Shown: one piece after another, positions 1 through 9,326 of the stretch
Position numbering within the stretch: the stretch's first letter is position 1
Layout of the letters: the number at the start of each line of letters is the position of its first letter
From: Bacilli bacterium
Lineage (GTDB): Bacteria; Bacillota_I; Bacilli_A; RF39; UBA660
Length of the DNA stretch: 64,000 nucleotides
Reading direction: 5' to 3'
NCBI GenBank assembly: GCA_041655535.1
Contig: JBBAFH010000001.1
Location: 194,294-258,293, forward strand
Made by a program: the position numbers and the translations under genes
The notes under the pieces: model-generated
Told to the model about the DNA's origin: nothing
Database searches by the model: none
What the model saw: only the letters and a program-made list of their open reading frames with translations

Positions 1-485
1 TTAAAGGTGGTTCTGGTGGGACTTTAAATGGTATAGATGCTAAAGCAGCATCAACTGATGTAAGAGGTTCTGGAAAAGGTGCAAAACAAGTTGCTGGCGG
101 TGTAGGTGGAACATGGATTACTAATGGTAGTGGATATAATGGTTCATTTGGACTAGGAGGAAACGGATCACCTATGACAAACGTAAATCGTAATGGCTCC
201 GGAGGTGGAGGAGGTTACTATGGTGGTGGCGGTGGTGCTAGTTGTAGTGGAACTTGTTCTTTTTCCGGAGGCGGGGGATCGTCGTATGTTTCAGGACATC
301 TGGGTGTAAACTCAGTTAACGAAACTGGAATTCACACTAATCAGCCAAATCATTTTTCAAATTATATTTTTAATACTACTAATATGATAAACGGAGATTC
401 GGTTATGCCATCACCAACAAGTACTGGAACTATGACTGGTAATAATGGACATGGTTATGCAAGAATCACATTATTGCTAGATTAA
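1..485 (+). CDS. C-terminal part of a glycine-rich protein of unknown function (5' partial, continues upstream of window)
   Basis: Open frame from position 3 with no stop until 485; Gly/Ser/Asn-rich low-complexity (GSGGGGGYYGGGGGASCSGTCSFSGGGGSS); no recognisable catalytic motif. Confidence 0.45.
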   Translation, partial: KGGSGGTLNGIDAKAASTDVRGSGKGAKQVAGGVGGTWITNGSGYNGSFGLGGNGSPMTNVNRNGSGGGGGYYGGGGGASCSGTCSFSGGGGSSYVSGHLGVNSVNETGIHTNQPNHFSNYIFNTTNMINGDSVMPSPTSTGTMTGNNGHGYARITLLLD

Positions 486-517
486 TAATACAAATAAAAA
501 TGACTTAATTAAATAAG

Positions 518-1330
518 TCATTTTTTTATATGTTTTAATTCATTATCAATTAAATTTACATCATTTTCTTTGTAATCTTTAATAATCTTTTTTAAACTTT
601 CTAATTCTTCCTTTTTACTATTAGTAACTGAACTGTTACTTTCAAGTGTTTTTGATAAAGTCTTTACTTTTGTTTGTTCTTCAATTTCATTTACTTCTAG
701 ATCGTTATTTTTTATATCGCGATTAATTTTCTTATCACTTGCTTCATAAGTCTTACAATAATCATTAAGTGTTCTAACTTGTAAAATTACTGTTGATAGG
801 TATAAAATTTTAAATAGTTTATCAAAATTTCTAATATCTATAAAGAATGCAGAACAGATTAATGAATCTAAGAATACCGTTTTTACTTTTCCAATTTTAC
901 TAGTTCTAGGTTGTAACCCTTTAATATGAGCATACCCGTTAACACTAGCAATAGTCATATCTAAAATAATTGGAACAATTAAATAAGGATTTGTAATGAA
1001 CAGGGGAATTGTTACTGATGTAATAAATATTTTATCAACAACTGCATCCAAATTTGCTCCAAAGTTAGATGAAGCATCTAATGCTCTAGCAACCTTACCA
1101 TCAATTAAATCTGTAACAGAAGCTGCTAGTGCGATGTAACCCGCAGTAATTAAATTTCCACTTAGAATATTAGCAACAATAAAAGGTGCTAAAAAGAGTC
1201 TTGAAATGGTAAAAAGATTGGGAATTTGTTTTGCTAAATCTTTAGGAGATTTAATCTTTTTTAAATCCTCTTTTCCTTCATTTATAAATAACATCCATTT
1301 CTCTTTGATTTTTTCATACACTTCTTTCAT
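518..1330 (-). CDS. CDP-alcohol phosphatidyltransferase family protein (PgsA-like) with C-terminal coiled-coil extension
   Basis: Motif DLIDGKVARALDASSNFGANLDAVVDK matches D-G-x2-A-R...G-x3-D-x3-D of CDP-OH phosphotransferases; TM helices. Confidence 0.75.
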   Translation of the reverse strand: MKEVYEKIKEKWMLFINEGKEDLKKIKSPKDLAKQIPNLFTISRLFLAPFIVANILSGNLITAGYIALAASVTDLIDGKVARALDASSNFGANLDAVVDKIFITSVTIPLFITNPYLIVPIILDMTIASVNGYAHIKGLQPRTSKIGKVKTVFLDSLICSAFFIDIRNFDKLFKILYLSTVILQVRTLNDYCKTYEASDKKINRDIKNNDLEVNEIEEQTKVKTLSKTLESNSSVTNSKKEELESLKKIIKDYKENDVNLIDNELKHIKK

Positions 1331-1479
1331 GTAAATCCCCCCACTATGTTAAATATTATAACAAAATGTCTAATATTGTCAAGTTTTTAACATATTTTCA
1401 AATGCAATTAATAAACTAGTAATGTATTAAGAAATTAATACGCTAGGAAACTCGTAGTGCTACGGTTTCCTTTTTTATT

Positions 1480-1518
1480 TTGATTGACAAATTCGTGTCA
1501 ATTTTTTTGTGGTAAAAT
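1480..1518 (+). promoter_or_regulatory. Putative promoter with extended -10 (TGgTAAAAT) upstream of autolysin gene; preceded by TTGACAaattcgTGTCAA inverted repeat
   Basis: Sequence tgtggtaaaat about 85 nt upstream of the ATG at 1604; inverted repeat 1485-1502. Confidence 0.3.
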
Positions 1519-1603
1519 GTGGTATTGCAATGCGCTTATAGATTTAATAGCATTTTTTTGTTATAATTAGTATGTAATATATTGTCGAATGGAGGGGAAT
1601 AAT

Positions 1604-4600
1604 ATGAAAATTTTTAACAGGGTTACTACTATTATATTAATTATTGGAATATTATTCTCAAATTTTGTACCATTGATTAATATTTTGGCAGCAACTGTTC
1701 CAATATCAAATTGTACTCAATCGGATTATAAGGTTGCTAATGAAACAACTGATTTGGCATGTTATAACACTTACAATGAAGCCTTAAATCATATGAATAA
1801 CTATCCTTCTAAAATAGGTGATGTGGCGCGTATTGTACACAATAATAGAATAATTAATGCGAAATATGCAATTGTAAAATTGGATACAAAAGGAAGCGCA
1901 AGTATAAATACAACTATAACAGGTACTGAAAACGGTGATGGGTATCTTAATGGATATTATGGCACCGATGCTGTGTTACTAGATTATGATCCAACAAATA
2001 AAAAAATGAAGATAAAAATTTCAGGAGTTGTTGGATATATTTCTTTAAATGATGGGATAGTTGAGCCTCTTACCACTGAAGTTACAGGTTTAGATTCAAA
2101 TAAAAATTATTTTAAAATAATTGTTTCCGATTTAAGAATGAGAGATAGTGTTGGAACAAGTGGTAAAGTAATAATTGATGAGATACCTATTTATTCACTT
2201 GTTGAAGTAATCGATTCTAAACCAATTTTAAAAGATGGCTATCAATGGTATAAAGTTAAATATAAAAATACAACAGGTTATATTGGTACTGATCCAAATG
2301 AACCATATATTGAGACAGTTTCTAATAATTTGAAATTGGAAACTTATTACTACAAAGAAAATGGCAAATTATATCATAAAATTTTATATAACAGTTATGG
2401 AAGAAGGTCAATCCCTTTATATTTAGGAAAGGCACCCCTTTATTTAAAAGAAAATACCAGATATTATAGTTTCGATGGAATCTACTTTTATATTAACATA
2501 ATAGATATGATTACTGATTATAAAACGGGTACTAATACGAAAGCAGTTAATAAAACACCTTACTATAATTATTATTTGTATCTACCATATAGAAGCTATT
2601 CTAATGCCACAGCAGCTGATTTAAACACATATATTAATACCCGATATTCTGCTAAGATTAACCGTTTTGCTTATTATGAATATAATTTAGATAAATTACC
2701 AGATGCCCCTGGTATTGAAGAATGTGCAAGTATTGCAAATGTTATTGAAAAAAGAGGTTGCGAAGGTGAAAAAAGATTGGCAACTGGTCGTGCCGGAACT
2801 TGGGTAGATGTAACAAAAGGTATCAATTTTGAAAATGGAGTTTCAATGCTTCATGGTGAAGGCGCTAATTTCGTTAATTCACAAGAATCATATGGTGCTA
2901 ATTCAATGTTAACATTTAGTATTGCTATCAATGAAAGTGCTTTTGGAAGAAGTGCAATATCAGTAACAAAATATAATTTATTTGGGCATAGTGCTTATGA
3001 TCATGATGCTTTTGGAAGTGCTGGTAATTACAATTCAATAAAGGCTGGGATTACTTATCATGCAGATAACTTTATTTCAGATGGTTTTGCGCATCCTTTA
3101 GATTCTCGTCATTATGGATCACATCTTGGCAACAAGGGAAGTGGCATCAATCTTAAATATGCGTCTGATCCTTATTGGGGCGAAAAAGCAGTACAATATT
3201 ATGCGCAAATTATTGATGAAACAGGAATTAATGATTTTAAAAAAGACACTATTGGAATTAAAATTAGTAATGATTCAGTTAACGTTCGTCAAACTCCTAA
3301 TACTTCGAGCAAATCATTATATTTGCTAAAATCCACTTCTAATCTGCCTGTTGTTATACTAGATGAAGTTGAAGGTGAAGTTTTAAATGGTAATAATATA
3401 TGGTATAAAATTCAAACAGATCCCAGTCTAGATGTTAATGGAAATTATGTGAATAAAAGTGCACCATATCCAAATAGTGGTCTCTACAATAAAGATTATA
3501 GTGTTGGATATGTACATTCTTCATTAATTTATGTTGAATCTGAAAAACCTATTATTACTGCTAATAATGTGTCAATATATAAAAATAGTTCATTTAACCC
3601 ATTAAATCATGCCTCTGCATATGATCCATGGGATGGTGATTTAACCAATAAGATTACTAGTACAGGTAATGTGGACACTTTAAAGGTGGGAACTTATGTA
3701 GTTACCTATTCTGTTACTGACAGTGATAATAATACAACTACTAAAAATATAAATGTTAATGTAGTTGATAATAAGGATCCTTTAATACAAGGAACTAAGG
3801 ATATCGAAATCTTTGTTGGACAGACATTAGATTTAAAAAAAGGAATCACAGCGACTGATCCTGAAGAAGGGGATTTAACAGGTAAAATAAAAATAAATCC
3901 TGCAACAATTAATACCAGTACACCAGGTGTTTATTCAGTAACATACAGCGTTAGTGACAGTTCTGGAAAGACTATATCAAAAACAATAAAAGTAACTATA
4001 AATGGTGAATATAAAAAAGTAAATGGTTCATTTGGTTTAGAAAGTTTAAAATATAACAATCAAAATCAAAGAATTGATATTAAAGGGTACTTAACAATTT
4101 TGAATATTGACAATAATTTAAATAATATTTTTACATATGATATTATATTGAAAAACCTAAACAATAGTGAGCAACATGTTTTATCACTGGATAGATGGAC
4201 ATCTGATAGGGAATTTCCATTTCAAATACCAAATAGTGATGGAAAAAATTACAAATATTCTTGGTTTAAAGGCAGTTTAGACTTATCAAATGTTCCACAA
4301 GGGGATTATTTAGTTTATGTTAGAGCGAGGGGTAATGGTTATGAAACTACAGCACTTTTAAGGGATATATTTTTTAAAGAAAAAAGTAATAAACTTGATA
4401 AAAAAATTGTGATAAACAATCGTGGTTATTTATTTAGAAGAAACTTTTTAGATAGAAAGATTCCGCTGGAATTGTATATAAGAGATGAAAACTTAATCTC
4501 AACAAAAGAAGTGCCAACAATTGATAATATGTTTAATTCTTTTTACAAATTAAACTTAAGTGATAAATTTTTAAATATTAGAGGCACTTCATATAATGTT

Positions 4601-4981
4601 GGAGGAAACTATTCAACCAATGTTAATGTTACTCGTAAAATTATTTTAGAACATCAAGGTACTTTCAAGAGAACTACTTATGATGTGGGGTATATAGACA
4701 AGGGTGATTATAAAGTAACCTTAAATGTTTCTGATAATCTTGATAAAACTCGAGCATGGTTCGATGCTAATTTGGATGTTTCCCTACTTGAAGAAGGAAC
4801 TTATGTAATTTATATCCATACAAAAACAGGCACAATTGATGATCATGGTATATTGAATGATTTATCTTTTAGAAATTTAGGTACTAAAATAACCATTAAT
4901 AATAAAGAAATATCATTACAAAGAAATAACAACAAACAAATGCGCATTGAGCTTGTTGTAAAAACCATTACTGACAAATAA
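1604..4981 (+). CDS. Large secreted cell-wall hydrolase: N-acetylglucosaminidase (glucosaminidase domain) with SH3-like domains and two tandem Ig-like (DUF5011-type) repeats
   Basis: RBS GGAGGGG before ATG 1604 (ORF track starts 1589); signal peptide; SMLTFSIAINESAFGRS...YNLFGHSAY resembles the glucosaminidase ALESGWG...NLFGI signature; two ~75-aa repeats (…VGTYVVTYSVTDSDNNTTTKNINVNVVD / …PGVYSVTYSVSDSSGKTISKTIKVTI). Confidence 0.7.
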   Translation: MKIFNRVTTIILIIGILFSNFVPLINILAATVPISNCTQSDYKVANETTDLACYNTYNEALNHMNNYPSKIGDVARIVHNNRIINAKYAIVKLDTKGSASINTTITGTENGDGYLNGYYGTDAVLLDYDPTNKKMKIKISGVVGYISLNDGIVEPLTTEVTGLDSNKNYFKIIVSDLRMRDSVGTSGKVIIDEIPIYSLVEVIDSKPILKDGYQWYKVKYKNTTGYIGTDPNEPYIETVSNNLKLETYYYKENGKLYHKILYNSYGRRSIPLYLGKAPLYLKENTRYYSFDGIYFYINIIDMITDYKTGTNTKAVNKTPYYNYYLYLPYRSYSNATAADLNTYINTRYSAKINRFAYYEYNLDKLPDAPGIEECASIANVIEKRGCEGEKRLATGRAGTWVDVTKGINFENGVSMLHGEGANFVNSQESYGANSMLTFSIAINESAFGRSAISVTKYNLFGHSAYDHDAFGSAGNYNSIKAGITYHADNFISDGFAHPLDSRHYGSHLGNKGSGINLKYASDPYWGEKAVQYYAQIIDETGINDFKKDTIGIKISNDSVNVRQTPNTSSKSLYLLKSTSNLPVVILDEVEGEVLNGNNIWYKIQTDPSLDVNGNYVNKSAPYPNSGLYNKDYSVGYVHSSLIYVESEKPIITANNVSIYKNSSFNPLNHASAYDPWDGDLTNKITSTGNVDTLKVGTYVVTYSVTDSDNNTTTKNINVNVVDNKDPLIQGTKDIEIFVGQTLDLKKGITATDPEEGDLTGKIKINPATINTSTPGVYSVTYSVSDSSGKTISKTIKVTINGEYKKVNGSFGLESLKYNNQNQRIDIKGYLTILNIDNNLNNIFTYDIILKNLNNSEQHVLSLDRWTSDREFPFQIPNSDGKNYKYSWFKGSLDLSNVPQGDYLVYVRARGNGYETTALLRDIFFKEKSNKLDKKIVINNRGYLFRRNFLDRKIPLELYIRDENLISTKEVPTIDNMFNSFYKLNLSDKFLNIRGTSYNVGGNYSTNVNVTRKIILEHQGTFKRTTYDVGYIDKGDYKVTLNVSDNLDKTRAWFDANLDVSLLEEGTYVIYIHTKTGTIDDHGILNDLSFRNLGTKITINNKEISLQRNNNKQMRIELVVKTITDK

Positions 4982-5008
4982 GATGCTTTCTTAAAAAATA
5001 ATATAATA

Positions 5009-5047
5009 AAAATCTAGGAATATTAATAATATAACCTAGATTTTTTA
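5009..5047. terminator. Bidirectional rho-independent terminator
   Basis: aaaaatctagg-N16-cctagatttttt hairpin flanked by A-run and T-run. Confidence 0.7.
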
Positions 5048-5050
5048 AAT

Positions 5051-6829
5051 TTAATTACTAATCCAAATAGTATATGATTGATTGGCATTTACATTATAAG
5101 TTTGCATACCTTTAATTGGTGAATCTTCATGAATATAACCAGGAGGTAATGAATTAGATGCTTTTTTTACAAAATTAAATGTAACACCTGGAGCCATGCT
5201 ACTTAATTTGGCTTTTAGCATATTAATCCCCGCATCAGAAGATGTAATACTTGAGGTCCACCAGTTTTCTTGAATCAAGATACTGTAAGATGGTGCCTTA
5301 CCAGCACTTATATAAACATTTAAACTTGCGCCAATAATTACTTTTGCACCAGATAGCTTTGATTGTCGTACAACAATATCCTTTGCAACATTATTATTAT
5401 AACCATCATTAATAATAGAACAGCTTAATCCGATTTCATTACATTTAGAACGGACATAATCTTTACTTTTCCCAACAAAGTTTGGGATGTTTATTGCTTT
5501 CCCATTAGAAATAGTTACTTTAATTTTATCGCCAGTTTTAATTATTTCTCCTGAGCCAGGATAAGTGTTAATAATATTTCCTTTTTTAATAGTATCATTA
5601 AATTCATATACTTCCTCTAATTCTATATCATTTTTGTCAGCCCAATTTCTTAAATCTGTTAAAGTATTAAATTGTTCTAGCGTAAGTTTACCTTTTGATG
5701 TTGTGATAACAATTAATGTATTTTCCTCGATAATATCTTTTTCTTTATAATTTGAACGTATAATTTTTCCATACTGAATAGTTTCATGATAGGCATCATT
5801 AAATTCGATTTTCAAGTTGTTTTTCATAATCCAATCAACAATTTCATTAGTTTCCATAGATAATAAGTTTGGAACTATAATTTCCTTTCCTTTTGAAACA
5901 ACTAAATTTACAGTAGTTTCAAATGGCCTTAACATTGTATTTGGTTGATTATCAGTTGAAATAACATAGTTTCTTTTAATATTATTATGGAAAGTGTAAT
6001 TAATTTTATAGTTAATACCATTCTTCTTTAACCATAAAGTTGCTTCAAATAAACTCTTATTTTTTAAATCAATTAATTTAATTTCTGGTAAAGTTCCCTT
6101 AGAACCTAGAGAAAAGTTAATAGTTAAAAAATCATTCCTTCTTATCTGGCCATTTTTACTTTGATTAATAACTGTATTACGTTCAATATCATCATTTATG
6201 ATAAATTCAATATTAACATTATTTAAAAAGTTTGAGTCTATATATTCTAGAACTTGATCTATATCCCATCCAGACATAACTGGTAAAATTACAATTTCAT
6301 TATAATTAGGGCCCTTAGAAACCACAAATTTTATTTTTTTCAATTCTTTTAATGGGCTACCAACTAAGACATTTTGATTAATAATTTGATATTCAGGGTA
6401 TGAATCAGAGTAAGCATACTCTTGCTCAAATTCAATATTATTTTCACTCGCCCAAGTAATAGCTTCGTTAATACTCTTATTACTAAAATCAGGAACTGAA
6501 GCTTGAGTTGGTAATTTTAAAATATTGGTCGTAACTAATAGATTAAATCCTACTAAGACAATAAAACCAAATGATGTCATGATAGCCAGTATTTGTCTTA
6601 ATTTATTAGTAGTTGCATAACCCATCATTCCATATAAGATTATTACTATTACCATTATAAAACTATTAATTATTAAGAATAGCTGATTAGGTTGATTACT
6701 AGCAAAACCTATGTTATATGCTAAGTAACCAATACTTAATAATAAAGAAATTACAAACAGAATAGTAATTACAGTTGGAAACTTATTTTTGCCTTTTTTC
6801 GGGACACTTATATTTTCTTTTTTCATATC
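5051..6829 (-). CDS. Membrane protein with multiple extracellular PASTA repeats (no kinase domain)
   Basis: Likely start at internal Met (MKKENISVPKK) preceded by GAGGTGA RBS; N-terminal TM segments; several ~65-aa PASTA-like repeats (…VVSKGP…, …SKGKE…). Confidence 0.6.
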   Translation of the reverse strand, partial: DMKKENISVPKKGKNKFPTVITILFVISLLLSIGYLAYNIGFASNQPNQLFLIINSFIMVIVIILYGMMGYATTNKLRQILAIMTSFGFIVLVGFNLLVTTNILKLPTQASVPDFSNKSINEAITWASENNIEFEQEYAYSDSYPEYQIINQNVLVGSPLKELKKIKFVVSKGPNYNEIVILPVMSGWDIDQVLEYIDSNFLNNVNIEFIINDDIERNTVINQSKNGQIRRNDFLTINFSLGSKGTLPEIKLIDLKNKSLFEATLWLKKNGINYKINYTFHNNIKRNYVISTDNQPNTMLRPFETTVNLVVSKGKEIIVPNLLSMETNEIVDWIMKNNLKIEFNDAYHETIQYGKIIRSNYKEKDIIEENTLIVITTSKGKLTLEQFNTLTDLRNWADKNDIELEEVYEFNDTIKKGNIINTYPGSGEIIKTGDKIKVTISNGKAINIPNFVGKSKDYVRSKCNEIGLSCSIINDGYNNNVAKDIVVRQSKLSGAKVIIGASLNVYISAGKAPSYSILIQENWWTSSITSSDAGINMLKAKLSSMAPGVTFNFVKKASNSLPPGYIHEDSPIKGMQTYNVNANQSYTIWISN

Positions 6830-6947
6830 ATCACCTCTATTAATTATATCGTAATTTGGCGAAAATAGAAATAGGTAAGATATGGTAAGTATGAAGTTTA
6901 CATATAACAATTTGCTTTCATTGCATTTTGCGCTTAAATGATTTAAA

Positions 6948-7391
6948 ATGATAATAGTAGTTTTTAATAAGAGGAGAAGGAAAATTAGTATGTTTAAAAA
7001 AAATAAGACAATTATTGCTATTATTATATTTACATTATTATTAACTTTTTTATTTCCAAATACTGGAGATGACTGGATGTGGGGAAGTGAAGCAGGTGAA
7101 GCACTTCTTAAAAATTGGTTTAGCGATTATAATGGAAGATATGCCGGCAACATAATTGTTATGATGTTAACTAGGTCTAGATTATTAAGAATGATAGTTA
7201 TGACTTTAGTAATACTTGGTACCATTTATTTATGTTCAAAAATTGTTAATAAAGAAAAGAAAGAATTATTTTTAGTCGGGTTTATGCTTTTTCTAGCTAT
7301 TCCTATACTAACTTTTAGACAAGCAGTAGTATGGACATCAGGGTTTACTAATTATTTTATATCGTTATTTTTAACCATTAGTTATTTTTAA
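6948..7391 (+). CDS. Polytopic membrane protein fragment (possible N-terminal part of a split polymerase/GT-C-like membrane protein)
   Basis: 4 TM segments; followed 60 nt later by a 339-aa all-TM ORF in another frame. Confidence 0.4.
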   Translation: MIIVVFNKRRRKISMFKKNKTIIAIIIFTLLLTFLFPNTGDDWMWGSEAGEALLKNWFSDYNGRYAGNIIVMMLTRSRLLRMIVMTLVILGTIYLCSKIVNKEKKELFLVGFMLFLAIPILTFRQAVVWTSGFTNYFISLFLTISYF

Positions 7392-7453
7392 CCATTATTT
7401 ATATTTATCTTAATAAAGATATAATTCTAAAAAATAATGAAAACAAAAACAAG

Positions 7454-8473
7454 ATGTATTGTGTACTTATTTTTATATTAGGATTTATAAGTGCTTTATT
7501 TATTGAAAATCTAACTATTTATAATATTATCTTGGGAACCGTTATTATTATATATTCATATAAAAAGTATAAAAAGGTGGCTAATTTTAATGTTTCATAT
7601 TTGAGTGGAGCAGTAATGGGAGCATTATTAATGTTTTCAAATGGAACATATCAAAATGTAATAGAGGGAACGGATTCCTACCGAACAATCGAAACAGGAA
7701 TATTAAACATATTTAGCAGATTATCAGAAAACTATTTTAAAGTAATACATAAAGAAATGATATTTGATAATTTATTTTTAAATATCATTATTACTGGATT
7801 TTTAGTAATTCTTGCGCTTAGATTTATAAATAAAAGCAAAGATAAAAAACTTAACGATATTTTGCTAGTTTCTGTAACAATTTGTTTATCCTATGTAGTA
7901 TATACTTTTATTGTTACAACAAATGAATCATGGTTTATTTTATTTGAATATACAAAATATTTTGAAGGAATCTTTTCACTTTTATATTTTATAAGTATTG
8001 TTGCCATCACTATTATTGCAGTTTCAAATAAAACTAAAAAAATAAAATTATTTTTTTATTTATCAACAATTATACTTGTGATATTACCACTACTTTTTAT
8101 AACTCCTATTGGTAGCAGATGTTTTTTAAGTACCTATATAATATTTATATTATATGTAATTGAATTAATTGATTATTTATTTGATAAAAAAACACTTCAA
8201 TATACTGTAAAAACATCAATATTAATAACCATAATATTTGGAGGTTTTCTACTAAATGTATACGGTTATATCTTTACTGCAGATTATAAAAGAAACAAAA
8301 ATATTAAGGAAGCAACAAAAGCTGTAATAGTAGAAGGTTTACCATATTCTAAATACGTTTGGATGTCAACACCAGTTACAGAATATGGTTTAGAAAGATG
8401 TTATAAAGCATTTTATAATATTGATCCCAATATAAAGTTTTTTCACTTTGATTTTAGTCAAAAAAACAACTAA
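7454..8473 (+). CDS. Polytopic membrane protein (possible C-terminal part of split gene; EpsG/Wzy-like polysaccharide polymerase candidate)
   Basis: 8-9 predicted TM helices; location at head of polysaccharide locus. Confidence 0.4.
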   Translation: MYCVLIFILGFISALFIENLTIYNIILGTVIIIYSYKKYKKVANFNVSYLSGAVMGALLMFSNGTYQNVIEGTDSYRTIETGILNIFSRLSENYFKVIHKEMIFDNLFLNIIITGFLVILALRFINKSKDKKLNDILLVSVTICLSYVVYTFIVTTNESWFILFEYTKYFEGIFSLLYFISIVAITIIAVSNKTKKIKLFFYLSTIILVILPLLFITPIGSRCFLSTYIIFILYVIELIDYLFDKKTLQYTVKTSILITIIFGGFLLNVYGYIFTADYKRNKNIKEATKAVIVEGLPYSKYVWMSTPVTEYGLERCYKAFYNIDPNIKFFHFDFSQKNN

Positions 8474-8487
8474 AAAGAGAGGTATAT

Positions 8488-9180
8488 ATGATTTATGCAG
8501 AAATATTAGCAGGTGGTAATGGTACAAGAATGGGGAACACAGAATTACCTAAACAATTTTTAATGCTAGGTAACAAACCCATTATTATTTATTCAATCGA
8601 ACAATTTCTAAAAAACAAAAGAGTTGATAAAATAATAATTACTTGTATTCCAACCCATATTGATTATTTAAAAGAACTATTAGATAAATATATAACAAAT
8701 CAATCAATAATAGAAATCGTTAAAGGTGGTAAAACTCGTAATGACTCAGTAATAAATGGTTGTAATTATATATCGGATAAATATGGGCTAAATGATGATG
8801 ATGTTATAATTGTCCATGATTCGGTCAGACCTTTTATTAATCAAAGAATCATTAATGATAATATCGATATGGTCTTAAAGTATGGTGCAGTAGGAACAGC
8901 CATACCTGCTACTGACACAGTTTTTATAACAGACAATGATAATATAAAAGAAATACCATTACGAGATAATATGTTTTTAGCACAATCACCACAAAGTTTT
9001 AATATAAAAAAATTAATGACATTATATAGTAAGTTAAGTAGTGAAGAAAAAGATATTATGACAGATTCTTGCAAAATATTTACTTTAAATAAAGAAAATG
9101 TAAAGTTAGTGTTAGGTGATCTGTCAAATATAAAAATAACAACTAAACATGATTTGGAAGTTGCAAATAAAACAAAATAA
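8488..9180 (+). CDS. IspD/TarI-family sugar-phosphate cytidylyltransferase (likely D-ribitol-5-phosphate cytidylyltransferase)
   Basis: N-terminal AEILAGGNGTRMG…PKQF signature of the IspD/TarI nucleotidyltransferase family; in polysaccharide locus. Confidence 0.7.
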   Translation: MIYAEILAGGNGTRMGNTELPKQFLMLGNKPIIIYSIEQFLKNKRVDKIIITCIPTHIDYLKELLDKYITNQSIIEIVKGGKTRNDSVINGCNYISDKYGLNDDDVIIVHDSVRPFINQRIINDNIDMVLKYGAVGTAIPATDTVFITDNDNIKEIPLRDNMFLAQSPQSFNIKKLMTLYSKLSSEEKDIMTDSCKIFTLNKENVKLVLGDLSNIKITTKHDLEVANKTK

Positions 9181-9326
9181 TTATTGATTTATAAAAATTA
9201 TATTTTGTGATAGTTTAATATTTAAAGAATAGGTAATATTTTATTTTAAAATAATTAATACTTTGGTATAATGATGATGTAGAAAAGTTATAAGTAACTA
9301 TAATTTATAAAGAAGAAGGTGATAGT

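Noticed and set aside
3114-3329. 71-aa ORF in alternate frame inside the autolysin gene
   Set aside because: Fully embedded in a long, well-supported CDS; no RBS; typical AT-rich spurious frame
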